This document shows, piece by piece, positions 28,801-37,888 of a DNA stretch of 64,000 nt. Below the pieces are notes generated by a model. The model ran no database searches. It saw only the letters and a list, made by a program, of their open reading frames with translations, and was not told where the DNA came from. Each line of letters starts with the position of its first letter. Positions within the stretch are counted from its first letter, which is position 1. The stretch lies in the NCBI GenBank assembly GCA_963666285.1, contig OY762711.1; one strand, given 5' to 3'. Origin of the DNA: Sedimentisphaerales bacterium. GTDB taxonomy: Bacteria; Planctomycetota; Phycisphaerae; Sedimentisphaerales; SM23-30. The translations under genes and the position numbers were made by a program.

Positions 28801-30951
28801 CAGACTACCACGATAACTGCCATTGCCAGTTATCGTACACGATTTTACGCCCAGGCGAGATATTTTACCATCTAACTGATAGAATAATCCCACATAACTA
28901 TTATCACCTGTTATGGTAAAATTACTTACCGAATGACCACCACCATCGAAATACCCAATGAATCGCTGCGGTACAACAGATTCTGAAAATACCTGATCGC
29001 CCAGATCAATGTCAGCAGTCATTTGATAGCATCCATATCTCAGTGAAGCATTTGTACAAAATTCCATCATATCTGCGTTACTGCTAATTAAAAACGGATT
29101 ATCTGATGCGCCGCTACCAGCCAGAGTTGTACTTAACTGATAAACCATTGAAACAGGTCCATTTGTTAACTGATACTGCAACTTAGGGTAATGGCCATTT
29201 TCAACAGTCCATACCTCAGTAAAATTAAATCCAGTATAGCTTGATTGTAACAGCATTTGACTATTGTTCAAATCTGAACCAAGAGAGTTGTCCCAGCTGC
29301 CATATTTATAAAAATAACAATTTGTGACACTGGCTCCATAACTTTGTCCAAGGAAACCATAACCATTGGGAACTACACAAGAAGAATAGCTGGTTGTAAT
29401 TGTTCCATAATCTGAGTATCCACAAAAACCACCAATAGAACCACTGCCAGTTACAGTGCCAGATGAATAACAATTTGTAATGGTGCCTCTGTTATGCATT
29501 CCGCATAATCCACCCACCTGACTACTACCAGTTATCTCAACACCGGATGTGTAGCACTCAGTTACGCTACCATAGTAGTTATTGCCTACAAGGCCGCCTA
29601 CACAATTAGTTCCATTAACCTGAACACCTTCTGCAAAGCACTGGTAGATATTGCCTTGACTAATAGTCCCGACCAATGCGCCATGATAGTGACCGCTACC
29701 AGTTATACTACATGATTTTACGCCTAATCCAGATATTGTGCCGCTTAACAGCTTAAATAATCCCAAACCATCATTGTTACCTGTTATGGTAAAATTACTT
29801 ACCGAATGACCACCACCATCGAAATACCCAATGAATCGCTGCGGTACAACAGATTCTGAAAATACCTGATCGCCCAGATCAATGTCAGCAGTCATTTGAT
29901 AGCATCCATATCTCAGTGAAGCATTTGTACAAAATTCCATCATATCTGCGTTACTGCTAATTAAAAACGGATTATCTGATGTGCCGCTACCAGCCAGAGT
30001 TGTACTTAACTGATAAACCATTGAAACAGGTCCATTTGTTAACTGATACTGCAACTTAGGGTAATGGCCATTTTCAACAGTCCATACCTCAGTAAAATTA
30101 AATCCAGTATAGCTTGATTGTAACAGCATTTGACTATTGTTCAAATCTGAACCAAGAGAGTTGTCCCAGCTGCCATATTTATAAAAATAACAATTTGTGA
30201 CACTGGCTCCATAACTTTGTCCAAGGAAACCATAACCATTGGGAACTACACAAGAAGAATAGCTGGTTGTAATTGTTCCATAATCTGAGTATCCACAAAA
30301 ACCACCAATAGAACCACTGCCAGTTACAGTGCCAGATGAATAACAATTTGTAATGGTGCCTCTGTTATGCATTCCGCATAATCCACCCACCTGACTACTA
30401 CCAGTTATCTCAACACCGGATGTGTAGCACTCAGTTACGCTACCATAGTAGTTATTGCCTACAAGGCCGCCTACACAATTAGTTCCATTAACCTGAACAC
30501 CTTCTGCAAAGCACTGGTAGATATTGCCTTGACTAATAGTCCCGACCAATGCGCCATGATAGTGACCGCTACCAGTTATACTACATGATTTTACGCCTAA
30601 TCCAGATATTGTGCCGCTTAACAGCTTAAATAATCCCAAACCATCATTGTTACCTGTTATGGTAAAATTGCTTACCGAATGACCACCACCATCGAAATGC
30701 CCAAAGAATGGCTGCGGTACAACAGATTCTGAAAATACCTGATCGCCCAGATCAATGTCAGCGGTAAGGGTAGTGTAAGTATCCTCCGCCATCATTTCAG
30801 AACTGCCGCAGAAAGCCTGGAAATCTGCCAGGTCTTCGATAAGCCAAGGGTCAGCTTCCGTTCCTGAGCCGGGAATTACTCCGCTGGCCGCAAAAGTTAC
30901 ACTTGAAAACATGCACAACATGCAAAACATTAAAACTGTTAATAATCGCAT
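25846..30951 (-). CDS. Large secreted protein: GLUG-repeat domains, nine PASTA domains, dockerin-like module and a C-terminal beta-sandwich
   Basis: Signal peptide, 'VGGLVG' GLUG motifs, nine 'VP.[VLF].G[ML]....A...I......G......S.TV..G.VISQ' PASTA repeats, and 'DFNADSTIDQYDLLLLAGNWL'. Confidence 0.9.
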   Translation of the reverse strand: MRLLTVLMFCMLCMFSSVTFAASGVIPGSGTEADPWLIEDLADFQAFCGSSEMMAEDTYTTLTADIDLGDQVFSESVVPQPFFGHFDGGGHSVSNFTITGNNDGLGLFKLLSGTISGLGVKSCSITGSGHYHGALVGTISQGNIYQCFAEGVQVNGTNCVGGLVGNNYYGSVTECYTSGVEITGSSQVGGLCGMHNRGTITNCYSSGTVTGSGSIGGFCGYSDYGTITTSYSSCVVPNGYGFLGQSYGASVTNCYFYKYGSWDNSLGSDLNNSQMLLQSSYTGFNFTEVWTVENGHYPKLQYQLTNGPVSMVYQLSTTLAGSGTSDNPFLISSNADMMEFCTNASLRYGCYQMTADIDLGDQVFSESVVPQRFIGYFDGGGHSVSNFTITGNNDGLGLFKLLSGTISGLGVKSCSITGSGHYHGALVGTISQGNIYQCFAEGVQVNGTNCVGGLVGNNYYGSVTECYTSGVEITGSSQVGGLCGMHNRGTITNCYSSGTVTGSGSIGGFCGYSDYGTITTSYSSCVVPNGYGFLGQSYGASVTNCYFYKYGSWDNSLGSDLNNSQMLLQSSYTGFNFTEVWTVENGHYPKLQYQLTNGPVSMVYQLSTTLAGSGASDNPFLISSNADMMEFCTNASLRYGCYQMTADIDLGDQVFSESVVPQRFIGYFDGGGHSVSNFTITGDNSYVGLFYQLDGKISRLGVKSCTITGNGSYRGSLVGNNNLGNIYQCFAEGVQINGLDHVGGLVGNNYYGSVTECYTSEVEITGRNYVGGLCGLHNRGTITNCYSSGTVTGSGSIGGFCGYSDYGTITTSYSSCVVPNGYGFLGQSYGASVTNCFWDIDLSGQTTSAGGTGKTTEEMLTQATFLDANWNYITDETFGVWYSFENDYPRLVWEVVTVPSVEGLDYKDAVLLIADSGIRLGDISYAYSFTVPAGYVIDQDIAAGELLSHRGILNLLVSKGPELTTVPELMGLSESDAIVAITDAKLEIGDISYAYSFTVPAGYVISQSIEADLRVIINNTVDLVISDGPEYTTVPDVYGMTEAEAVLTILQAKLAIVEPIVHQYDFNVPSGHVISQSIAADESVIITTEVALVISDGPEMVGVPSLYDMNLTEAVGIIEAAELEVGEISYGYSFTVAQGNVIGQSIAGGGTTVIGSAVNLVVSDGPQIVTVPDFTGMTQAEAEAAILNAGFVVGTSMEHYSSTVPTGIVMNQDLQAGNYALIGSTIRLIISKGTKMTTVPAVTGVSQTLAEALVLAADLTVGTITTEYSMTIAEGTVIGQSLAAGNSVAVETAVDLVVSAGPEMAIVPNLALMTEDAAAAALADVKLAVGTKTYEYSFSVAEGSIVSQSVASGENVVINTAINIVISLGNMITVPDVVNMTQEDAEAAFAAIPIGISVSTDYSLTVPAGSVISQNINSGEKLLMGSFVTVVVSVGPEMTVVPNLAYITQAEAEAALENARLKLGSVSYAASYTVDIDKIISQSIRRGSSVIVGSEIDITISVSTTRIDMQTFAQIAGNWLVTVNDSATSWDIVDFNADSTIDQYDLLLLAGNWLSSDKIEVEQVEADYFETGDFTALDWQNNDPNQWNIVEEPYRGAYAAKSAVIDNMCSSSIFLTVDTTGYNSISFAAKISSEQDYDYLLFYIDGKLADYFSGEVDWSVYSYNIKTEGQHTFTWKYEKDETIGEGMDCAWIDDVVISNLE
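28440..30762 (-). repeat. Intragenic 873-bp (291-aa) tandem repeat, about 2.7 copies
   Basis: ACCTGATCGCCCAGATCAATGTCAGC recurs at 28991, 29864 and 30737. The two full units are nearly identical in DNA. Confidence 0.92.
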
Positions 30952-31019
30952 TAGATTTTTCTCCTGAATTTTTGGGTATTTATTTGATATTATTTATTAC
31001 GATTAACGTTCTTTTTTTA

Positions 31020-33119
31020 TTACTTCCCTTCCAGCCAGTATTCTGCCAGTTCTGAAAGGTCAGTGATCGTATATTGATCCTGCCAGCCTTGTGCCAGTTC
31101 GCTGAAATCTTGCATATCTACGCCGTAGCTGCCGGTGATATCGCCGGGAATGTCTCGCTGGAAGAATAGCATTGGATAGCCAGTCGCCTGATATGGCATG
31201 TGCCAGATGTCATCTATGCCATTATCGGTTTTTGCATTGAAGTCCCAGCCGTTTGCAATATAAGTGGAGGCCATTTGCATCTCGGTAGTCATTCTGCTTT
31301 CTGCAGTACCAGGGGTACTGAAAACTATAGTATATGTATAATCAGGATAACTACCTATTCTATCTATATATGCAATATTTGTCCCAGATGTTTCAATATC
31401 CCAAAAACACTGAACAATATCTCCGTCAAGATTATCTCCAACCATTCCTCCAACAGTAACATTTCCGGAAACAGTTCCGATAGAATAACAATTGGTAATT
31501 GAACTGAAATTATTCGAACCTGCAAAACCTCCAACAGATTCATTTCCCTCAACTGTTCCTTCTGAGTAACAATTGAGAAAACTTCCACTTTGATTTAGCC
31601 CTACAGCACCACCAGCATGATTACCTATACTATTAACAGAACCAGTAGAATAACAATTACTGCAAAATCCAACTAAATTGTGCCCTATAAGCCCTCCAAC
31701 ATAATCACTTCCAGTAACTGAACAAGTAGAGTAACTATTGGTAACTGTAGTTTGATACCCACAACCTAATAAACCACCTATCCACTGTTTACCTGCTATA
31801 GACCCTGTAGAGTAACAGTTGTCTATAATACTATTTGCAGCAAAAGCACATAAGCCAGCTAATCTATAACCTGAACCAGTAACAGATACTTTTTTAATAC
31901 CTAAATTACATATTGAGGCATTGTCATCAATGTATCCGAACAAAGCAAGGATCGAGTCCCCATTTATCGATAAATTGCTAATAATATGATTATTGCCATT
32001 AAAATGTCCGGTAAACCGATCATTTAAGCCAGAACCGATTGGCGATGTCGTATAAACACCTGCTGCAGAGAGATCTAGGTCGCATTCAAGCCTGATATAA
32101 TACTCCCAATAATAAGAGTTATTGGAAAGTGTTTGAAAGTCGTCCAAATTATTTATCAAAAATGGACTAGATTTTGTCCCACTGCCAGAAAGAGCTTTTT
32201 CATAGAATAAAATTGGATAGCTTGTTCTATAATATGGCAAATACCATATATCGTCATTTCCATTGGCGATTTCATCAATAAAATCCCAGCCTAAATCTGT
32301 AAAAAATACAGAGTTTGACATTTGTTCAGTTGTTGCCCCAAGTCCATTTCCAGAATCTAATAAATAGGTTTCAATGTTCCAAACAGAATTAATAATTTGT
32401 CCGTCATCTGGAACCCATGCCACAATTCCGCCTTTCATACCGACATTTTCCCCTAACACAAATGAACCTATAGAATAGCATTTTTCAACTGTTCCAGTAA
32501 GTATGCCTACTAAACCTCCTAATGCCCAGGAATTATCTTGTGCATGAATCATACAGGATGAATATGAGTTTATTAATTTACCTGGATCATATATTGACCC
32601 GACTAAACCACCAATGTAATTACCTCCTTGAGTACCTGTTACATTACCTGTCGTAAAACAATTTGCAATTAAACCATAACATCGGCCACAAATACCTCCA
32701 CACTCTTCTCTACCTGTAATATTGATATTTACCAGACCAAGGTCGGTAATGGATCCCTGCTCGCGTATAAACCCAAATAAACCAACAAAACATCCATCAT
32801 TATTATATACTATCAGATTGCTAATAAAATGGCCGTTGCCATCAAAGTGGCCTGTATATGGATTATCTTCACCTGGCGCAATTGGTGACGTCGTATAAAC
32901 ACCTGCTACAGTAAGGTCTAGATTACATTCAAGGCGAACATGATCGTCCCAGCAGTCGGAATTGTCACAAAATTCTTGAAAGTCGGCAAAGTCCTCGATC
33001 AGCCAGGGACTGGTATCTGAACCATTCGCTCCTTTGATCTCTCCCAGGTCGCCACCGGCAGCGAAAGTAATAGAACAAGCTAAACATAAAACGACAATAG
33101 AAAGAATATAATTTTTCAT
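31020..33119 (-). CDS. Secreted GLUG-motif protein with C-terminal dockerin-like module
   Basis: ATG at 33119 follows GGAG. It has a signal peptide, two 'G.G....P.LI....DFQ...LECxLDL' units and GGL[VI]G repeats, and ends DIPGDITGSYGVDMQDF...LAEYWLEGK. Confidence 0.88.
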   Translation of the reverse strand: MKNYILSIVVLCLACSITFAAGGDLGEIKGANGSDTSPWLIEDFADFQEFCDNSDCWDDHVRLECNLDLTVAGVYTTSPIAPGEDNPYTGHFDGNGHFISNLIVYNNDGCFVGLFGFIREQGSITDLGLVNINITGREECGGICGRCYGLIANCFTTGNVTGTQGGNYIGGLVGSIYDPGKLINSYSSCMIHAQDNSWALGGLVGILTGTVEKCYSIGSFVLGENVGMKGGIVAWVPDDGQIINSVWNIETYLLDSGNGLGATTEQMSNSVFFTDLGWDFIDEIANGNDDIWYLPYYRTSYPILFYEKALSGSGTKSSPFLINNLDDFQTLSNNSYYWEYYIRLECDLDLSAAGVYTTSPIGSGLNDRFTGHFNGNNHIISNLSINGDSILALFGYIDDNASICNLGIKKVSVTGSGYRLAGLCAFAANSIIDNCYSTGSIAGKQWIGGLLGCGYQTTVTNSYSTCSVTGSDYVGGLIGHNLVGFCSNCYSTGSVNSIGNHAGGAVGLNQSGSFLNCYSEGTVEGNESVGGFAGSNNFSSITNCYSIGTVSGNVTVGGMVGDNLDGDIVQCFWDIETSGTNIAYIDRIGSYPDYTYTIVFSTPGTAESRMTTEMQMASTYIANGWDFNAKTDNGIDDIWHMPYQATGYPMLFFQRDIPGDITGSYGVDMQDFSELAQGWQDQYTITDLSELAEYWLEGK

Positions 33120-33179
33120 GATTTTCTCCAGGGTTTTTTGTATTATCAGCCTTTTTACGTCAACCATCAGAATTATTTA

Positions 33180-35999
33180 TTACTTCCCTTCCAGCCAGTA
33201 TTCTGCCAGTTCTGAAAGGTCAGTGATCGTATATTGATCCTGCCAGCCTTGTGCCAGTTTGTTGAAATCTTGCATATCTACGCCGTAGCTGTCGGTGATA
33301 TCGCCGGGAATGTCTCGCTGGAAGAATAGCATAGGGTAACCGGAGCTTTGGTATGGCATGTGCCATAGTTCTTCAGTGCCGTTGTCTGATTCTGCATTGA
33401 AATCCCAGCCAGCGTCGGCGAAGGTAGATTGTGTTTGCATTTCAGTAGTAGTTTTACTGAGGATATTTACTGCAATGCTTCCGCTGTCATTCACATAGCC
33501 ATCAGTAACACCGGATGTTTCAGTGTTCCATATGCAATTTACTAATGAGGAATCTGCCCCTTGATAGCCGCATAAGCCGCAAACATATACCCCTATACCT
33601 GTCACCAAACCGGTGGAATAACAATCAGTGACATTACCAAAGTTTGTTCCTGTTAGTCCCCCGACATAATTAGAGCCAGTTGCCGAACCAGTGAAATATG
33701 AATTTCTGATGCTACCGGTATTACTTCCTGTCAGCCCGCCGACAATTTCATCATAGCCCGTCACAGCAGCAGAAGAATAGCAATATCTGATACTGCCTTC
33801 ATTTCTTCCCGTAATGCCGCCAGTTTGTTCATTGTAGGCAAGTACTGAACCGGTCACATAACAATTGCCTAAGCTGCCGCCATAATTAAATCCCACCAGT
33901 CCGCCGACATATTTATTCAATCCTGTAATAGAGACATTTTCGAGTCCCAGGTTTGAAATTACTGCACTGGAATAAGTCTTACCGAACAAACCGCAGAAAT
34001 ATGACCCGCTGACAGTGAGATTGCTGATGACATGATTGTTACCGTTGAAATTACCGGCGAATAATGCTCCGTCAAAGGAAAGATCTGTGTCGGTATCACC
34101 GGCAATAAGTGCCTGGATAAAAGTACCGGCAGCAGATAAATCCAGATCGCAATTCATCTTAGTATTAACACCTTGTTCCCAATAATTGGTATCAGAACAA
34201 AATACATAGAAATCATAAATACTATTAATAATGTAAGGTTTATATATCGATCCGTTACCACTTGCGGCAATATTACTAAGCTGCCAGCATAATACCGGAT
34301 AACTATCCATAACCCAGATATTATTTATGCCATTTGCTGTTTCATTTGTAAAATCCCAGCCAGCGTTTATAAAATTATTCCTGTTTAGCATTTGGGAAGT
34401 GGAAAGACCTTTCACGTTTGTTATCGAACCGGGATATTCAGCATGAAGGTTGTAACCAACTGTTAGCCCAGATGTTTCAGTATCCCAGAAGCACTGTTTA
34501 ATTATAGCATCACTGCCTCCCTGATAACCGCATAATCCTCCGATATAATCACTGCCGTCAACGACACCTGCGGAATAACAATTACTGATACTACCAGATA
34601 CATTGAACCCCACGAGCCCTCCTGCAGCATCACCATCACAATCAACTGAGACGGTAGCATTGCAATCGCTAATACTACCGTATTCATTACATCCTACCAG
34701 CCCACCGAATATAGACCCCGAACCTTCTACAGTCCCGGCGGCATAGCAATAGCTGACACTGCCAGATTTTTCAAAACCCACCAAACCGCCAACACTACCA
34801 GTACCGTTGACAGAACAATCGGCATTACAATAGCTTATATTGCCGGAATCATAACCTACCAGACCACCTACATAATCATTGCCTTCTACAGCACCAGAAG
34901 CATTACAATAGAGAATATTGTTATCATTATTTAACCCTACCAAACCGCCAACATTATCACCATCACCATTTACAGTAGCTGACGCAGAACAATTTCCGAT
35001 CCGGCCAGCTTCATTGAACCCTATCAACCCACCAACATTATCAACCGAACCGGTAACAGTGCCGGTGAAAAAAGAAAAGGCGACCTTGCCAATATTATAC
35101 CCTACGAGACCACCAACGTTTTTATTGCCAGTCACAGAACAGGTAGCATGACAATTGCAGACGGCAGAATTGTCATTTTTACTACCAATCAGCCCACCAA
35201 CACCATTACCAATGCTTTTTACTGTTGCATCGGCAAAACAATCACTGACAGTTCCAGAAAAATTATAACCTACCAGCCCGCCGATTTTATTACTTTCATT
35301 ATCCAAACCAGTAACAGTGCCTGAGGCATAGCAATTGCTGATGCTGCCGGAATATATTTCACCTACCAGCCCACCGACATTTGCTCCAAAACTCTTTACT
35401 GTTACAGTAGCATTACAGTTGCTGATACTGCTGTCGGAACCTTTATTGAACCCCACAAGACCGCCTACGCAATCACTAATATCATTTGCACCGCTAACAG
35501 AACCGGTGACAGAACAATGGCTTATTATGCCGCCATTATTATATCCCACCAGTCCGCCGATCCATTTTTTCGTTCCAGTAATAGAGCATGAATTCAAAGA
35601 AACATTCCTTATAACGGCATTTGCATTGATCCTGCCAAACAGACCACAGTAATCCTTGCCGCTAACATTAAGATTACTTATGACATGATGATTGCCATTA
35701 AAAACACCTTCGAATACTGTGCCAACTAAATTCCCATATCTGTCAGTACAGCTGCCGATCAAAGCTTGAGAATAAGTGCCTACTCCGGAAAGGTCCAAGT
35801 CGCATACTAGTTGCACATAAACTCCTTCTGCCCAGAAATTTACGTTGGAATAGAATTTTTTGAAGTCGTCGATATCTTCGATAAGAAATGGTGAGTTTTC
35901 TGTACCGTTACCCGGCATAACACCATTGGCAGCATACGCTGGATGAACAAATAAAATAGAACAAAATGTAATTAACAGAACGACAATATGCTTTTTCAT
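33180..35999 (-). CDS. Secreted GLUG-motif protein with C-terminal dockerin-like module
   Basis: Signal peptide MKKHIVVLL..., many 'VGGLVG.N..G.IS.C.A...V' repeats, and the same C-terminal module as the neighbouring gene. Confidence 0.9.
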   Translation of the reverse strand: MKKHIVVLLITFCSILFVHPAYAANGVMPGNGTENSPFLIEDIDDFKKFYSNVNFWAEGVYVQLVCDLDLSGVGTYSQALIGSCTDRYGNLVGTVFEGVFNGNHHVISNLNVSGKDYCGLFGRINANAVIRNVSLNSCSITGTKKWIGGLVGYNNGGIISHCSVTGSVSGANDISDCVGGLVGFNKGSDSSISNCNATVTVKSFGANVGGLVGEIYSGSISNCYASGTVTGLDNESNKIGGLVGYNFSGTVSDCFADATVKSIGNGVGGLIGSKNDNSAVCNCHATCSVTGNKNVGGLVGYNIGKVAFSFFTGTVTGSVDNVGGLIGFNEAGRIGNCSASATVNGDGDNVGGLVGLNNDNNILYCNASGAVEGNDYVGGLVGYDSGNISYCNADCSVNGTGSVGGLVGFEKSGSVSYCYAAGTVEGSGSIFGGLVGCNEYGSISDCNATVSVDCDGDAAGGLVGFNVSGSISNCYSAGVVDGSDYIGGLCGYQGGSDAIIKQCFWDTETSGLTVGYNLHAEYPGSITNVKGLSTSQMLNRNNFINAGWDFTNETANGINNIWVMDSYPVLCWQLSNIAASGNGSIYKPYIINSIYDFYVFCSDTNYWEQGVNTKMNCDLDLSAAGTFIQALIAGDTDTDLSFDGALFAGNFNGNNHVISNLTVSGSYFCGLFGKTYSSAVISNLGLENVSITGLNKYVGGLVGFNYGGSLGNCYVTGSVLAYNEQTGGITGRNEGSIRYCYSSAAVTGYDEIVGGLTGSNTGSIRNSYFTGSATGSNYVGGLTGTNFGNVTDCYSTGLVTGIGVYVCGLCGYQGADSSLVNCIWNTETSGVTDGYVNDSGSIAVNILSKTTTEMQTQSTFADAGWDFNAESDNGTEELWHMPYQSSGYPMLFFQRDIPGDITDSYGVDMQDFNKLAQGWQDQYTITDLSELAEYWLEGK

Positions 36000-36854
36000 A
36001 ATCAATTTCTCTCTTATTTATCTAATAGTTATAAATATGTTAAACAGTACCAGTTCTGATATTGAACCTGAATGACAGTTACCAAAATTATCTTATACAG
36101 TTACTGCCTATCAGATTTTCTGCCGTATGATGATATTTACCAATGCCACTCGTATATCCTGCGCAAAAAAAATAAAAAAATTGTCTCTCAAAGGAAAACT
36201 ATAACCATATGACCATTTTAATTGCACCGATTGAGTTATCAAATCACCCTGGAAGGTGAAATGTTCAAAAAAAAAACTCAGACAGCATCGCCCGGACCTC
36301 CTCCTTACTACTTTGGATAGCAATGATTAGCAATAAAGGTAAATTCTATAGCAGGGATATAATGCATAATGGAAGTTAGAAAGCAAAACGCATTATTTTT
36401 TTCTCCTAATTGCTTATGTGTTTCAGGTTAGTAATCTGAATCGTGTGAACAATACAAGCAAATGGAATAGATATGCAAAATCGGGTATAGCTGTAACAAG
36501 AGAGTAGGAAGCAGGGCAAAAGGCAGCTCAATATTGCACTCATAAAATTGTTCACAAACCAGATTTTTTTATTTTATATTTTGGATGCATATATTAAAGT
36601 AATAATTATGCCCGTCGGTCATTATAATCAATATTTGTGAAATGAGGATTAAAAAAAGTAAAAATGTTTGGTGTTAATCCGAAAAAAACATATTTTTTGT
36701 CAAAATGGGAGGTATGGCTAAAATAGGAAGATGTTTTTTTGTGGAGTTTTACAGTTATCATCGCTAGAGTAATAATGCATAAATATAGTCACCCTCTGAA
36801 TTGACAGGGGAAATGATTTATGAATGGTTATTAATATTGAGTAATTGAAAGGAA

Positions 36855-37844
36855 ATGAAGATGAAAAAGTATGGTTTGATGGTTTTGTGCTTGATAATTT
36901 TGGCTGGGGCGGCGGTTGCGGAGTGTCCAAGTGCAGATTTGACAGGGGATTGCAAAGTGGATATTGAAGATTTTGCCCGGTTATCTTCCGGTTGGCTGGA
37001 GACGTATAGCTTTAGTGATTTTTCCGATGTAGCCTCTCAGTGGCTGGATGAGATGGAGGCCGGCCCGGATATAGTCTGGATTTTTATAGATGATGATGGT
37101 TCCGGGATGAAAGATAAAAACGGCAATCCAATCGATAAGGGAGGTTTTACCGGCTATATGAGCAAATATGAGACATTGAATGCCCAATATTGCCAGTTTC
37201 TGAATGAAGCCCTGGCTTCGGGCGATATTGAAGTTGGTGAGGATAATATCGTTTATGGCAAGAGTGGTTCAAATGATGGCGAAGATTTTGCAGGTGAGCC
37301 ATATTTTGAGACTTATGCCGCATCGACAGATAGCCAGATAATTTATTCGGGCGGCCCGGACGGGACATTTAGTGTTCGCATTCGTGACGGTTATGATATG
37401 GGCGACCATCCGGTAGTAATGGTAAGCTGGTACGGAGCATCAGCGTTTGCCGGTTATTATGGATGGCGGCTGCCGACAGAGTGGGAATGGCAGGCGGCGG
37501 CAGACTACGACGGCAGCTATGTCTATGGCTGTGGGCTGACACTGGATACGAGCAAAGTAAATTACTGGGATAATGCTTACCTGAACCCGTTAGGTCTTTC
37601 AAGTTATCCTTATACGACGCCTGCCGGTTACTTCGGCGAATTTGGTTATGGCATGTGTGATGTGGCCGGCAATGTTTTTGAATGGACCAATAGTTTGTAT
37701 TCTACCAGTTTTGATTTTATGGTATTCCGCGGCGGCGGGTGGAGCGGTAGTGAAGGTACCAATGCTGTAGCCTACCGCTCCGGTAGTTTGCCAACGTTTC
37801 GTAAATATCATTGCGGTTTCCGCGTATGCCGAGATCAGGAATAA
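36855..37844 (+). CDS. FGE-sulfatase (SUMF1/CLec-fold) domain protein with N-terminal dockerin-like module
   Basis: 'MSKYE..NAQYCQFLN', 'HPVVMVSWYGA.AFA...G.RLPTEWEWQ.AA', 'D.AGNV.EW', 'RGGGW', 'GFRV'. N-terminal 'ADLTGDCKVDIEDF...WL'. Confidence 0.9.
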   Translation: MKMKKYGLMVLCLIILAGAAVAECPSADLTGDCKVDIEDFARLSSGWLETYSFSDFSDVASQWLDEMEAGPDIVWIFIDDDGSGMKDKNGNPIDKGGFTGYMSKYETLNAQYCQFLNEALASGDIEVGEDNIVYGKSGSNDGEDFAGEPYFETYAASTDSQIIYSGGPDGTFSVRIRDGYDMGDHPVVMVSWYGASAFAGYYGWRLPTEWEWQAAADYDGSYVYGCGLTLDTSKVNYWDNAYLNPLGLSSYPYTTPAGYFGEFGYGMCDVAGNVFEWTNSLYSTSFDFMVFRGGGWSGSEGTNAVAYRSGSLPTFRKYHCGFRVCRDQE

Positions 37845-37888
37845 TGTTTTGTTCGGTATTATTGCCGAGATATATGGTTTTGTGCCTT

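Noticed and set aside
36006..36854. Riboswitch or ncRNA in the 850-bp divergent intergenic region
   Set aside because: AT-rich with no convincing stems or recognisable aptamer consensus by eye. An Rfam scan would be needed.
37720..37844. C-terminus of the FGE/CLec-fold protein as a diversity-generating retroelement variable region
   Set aside because: No reverse transcriptase, Avd-like gene or adenine-variant template repeat was seen in the window. A remote DGR cannot be excluded without a genome-wide search.
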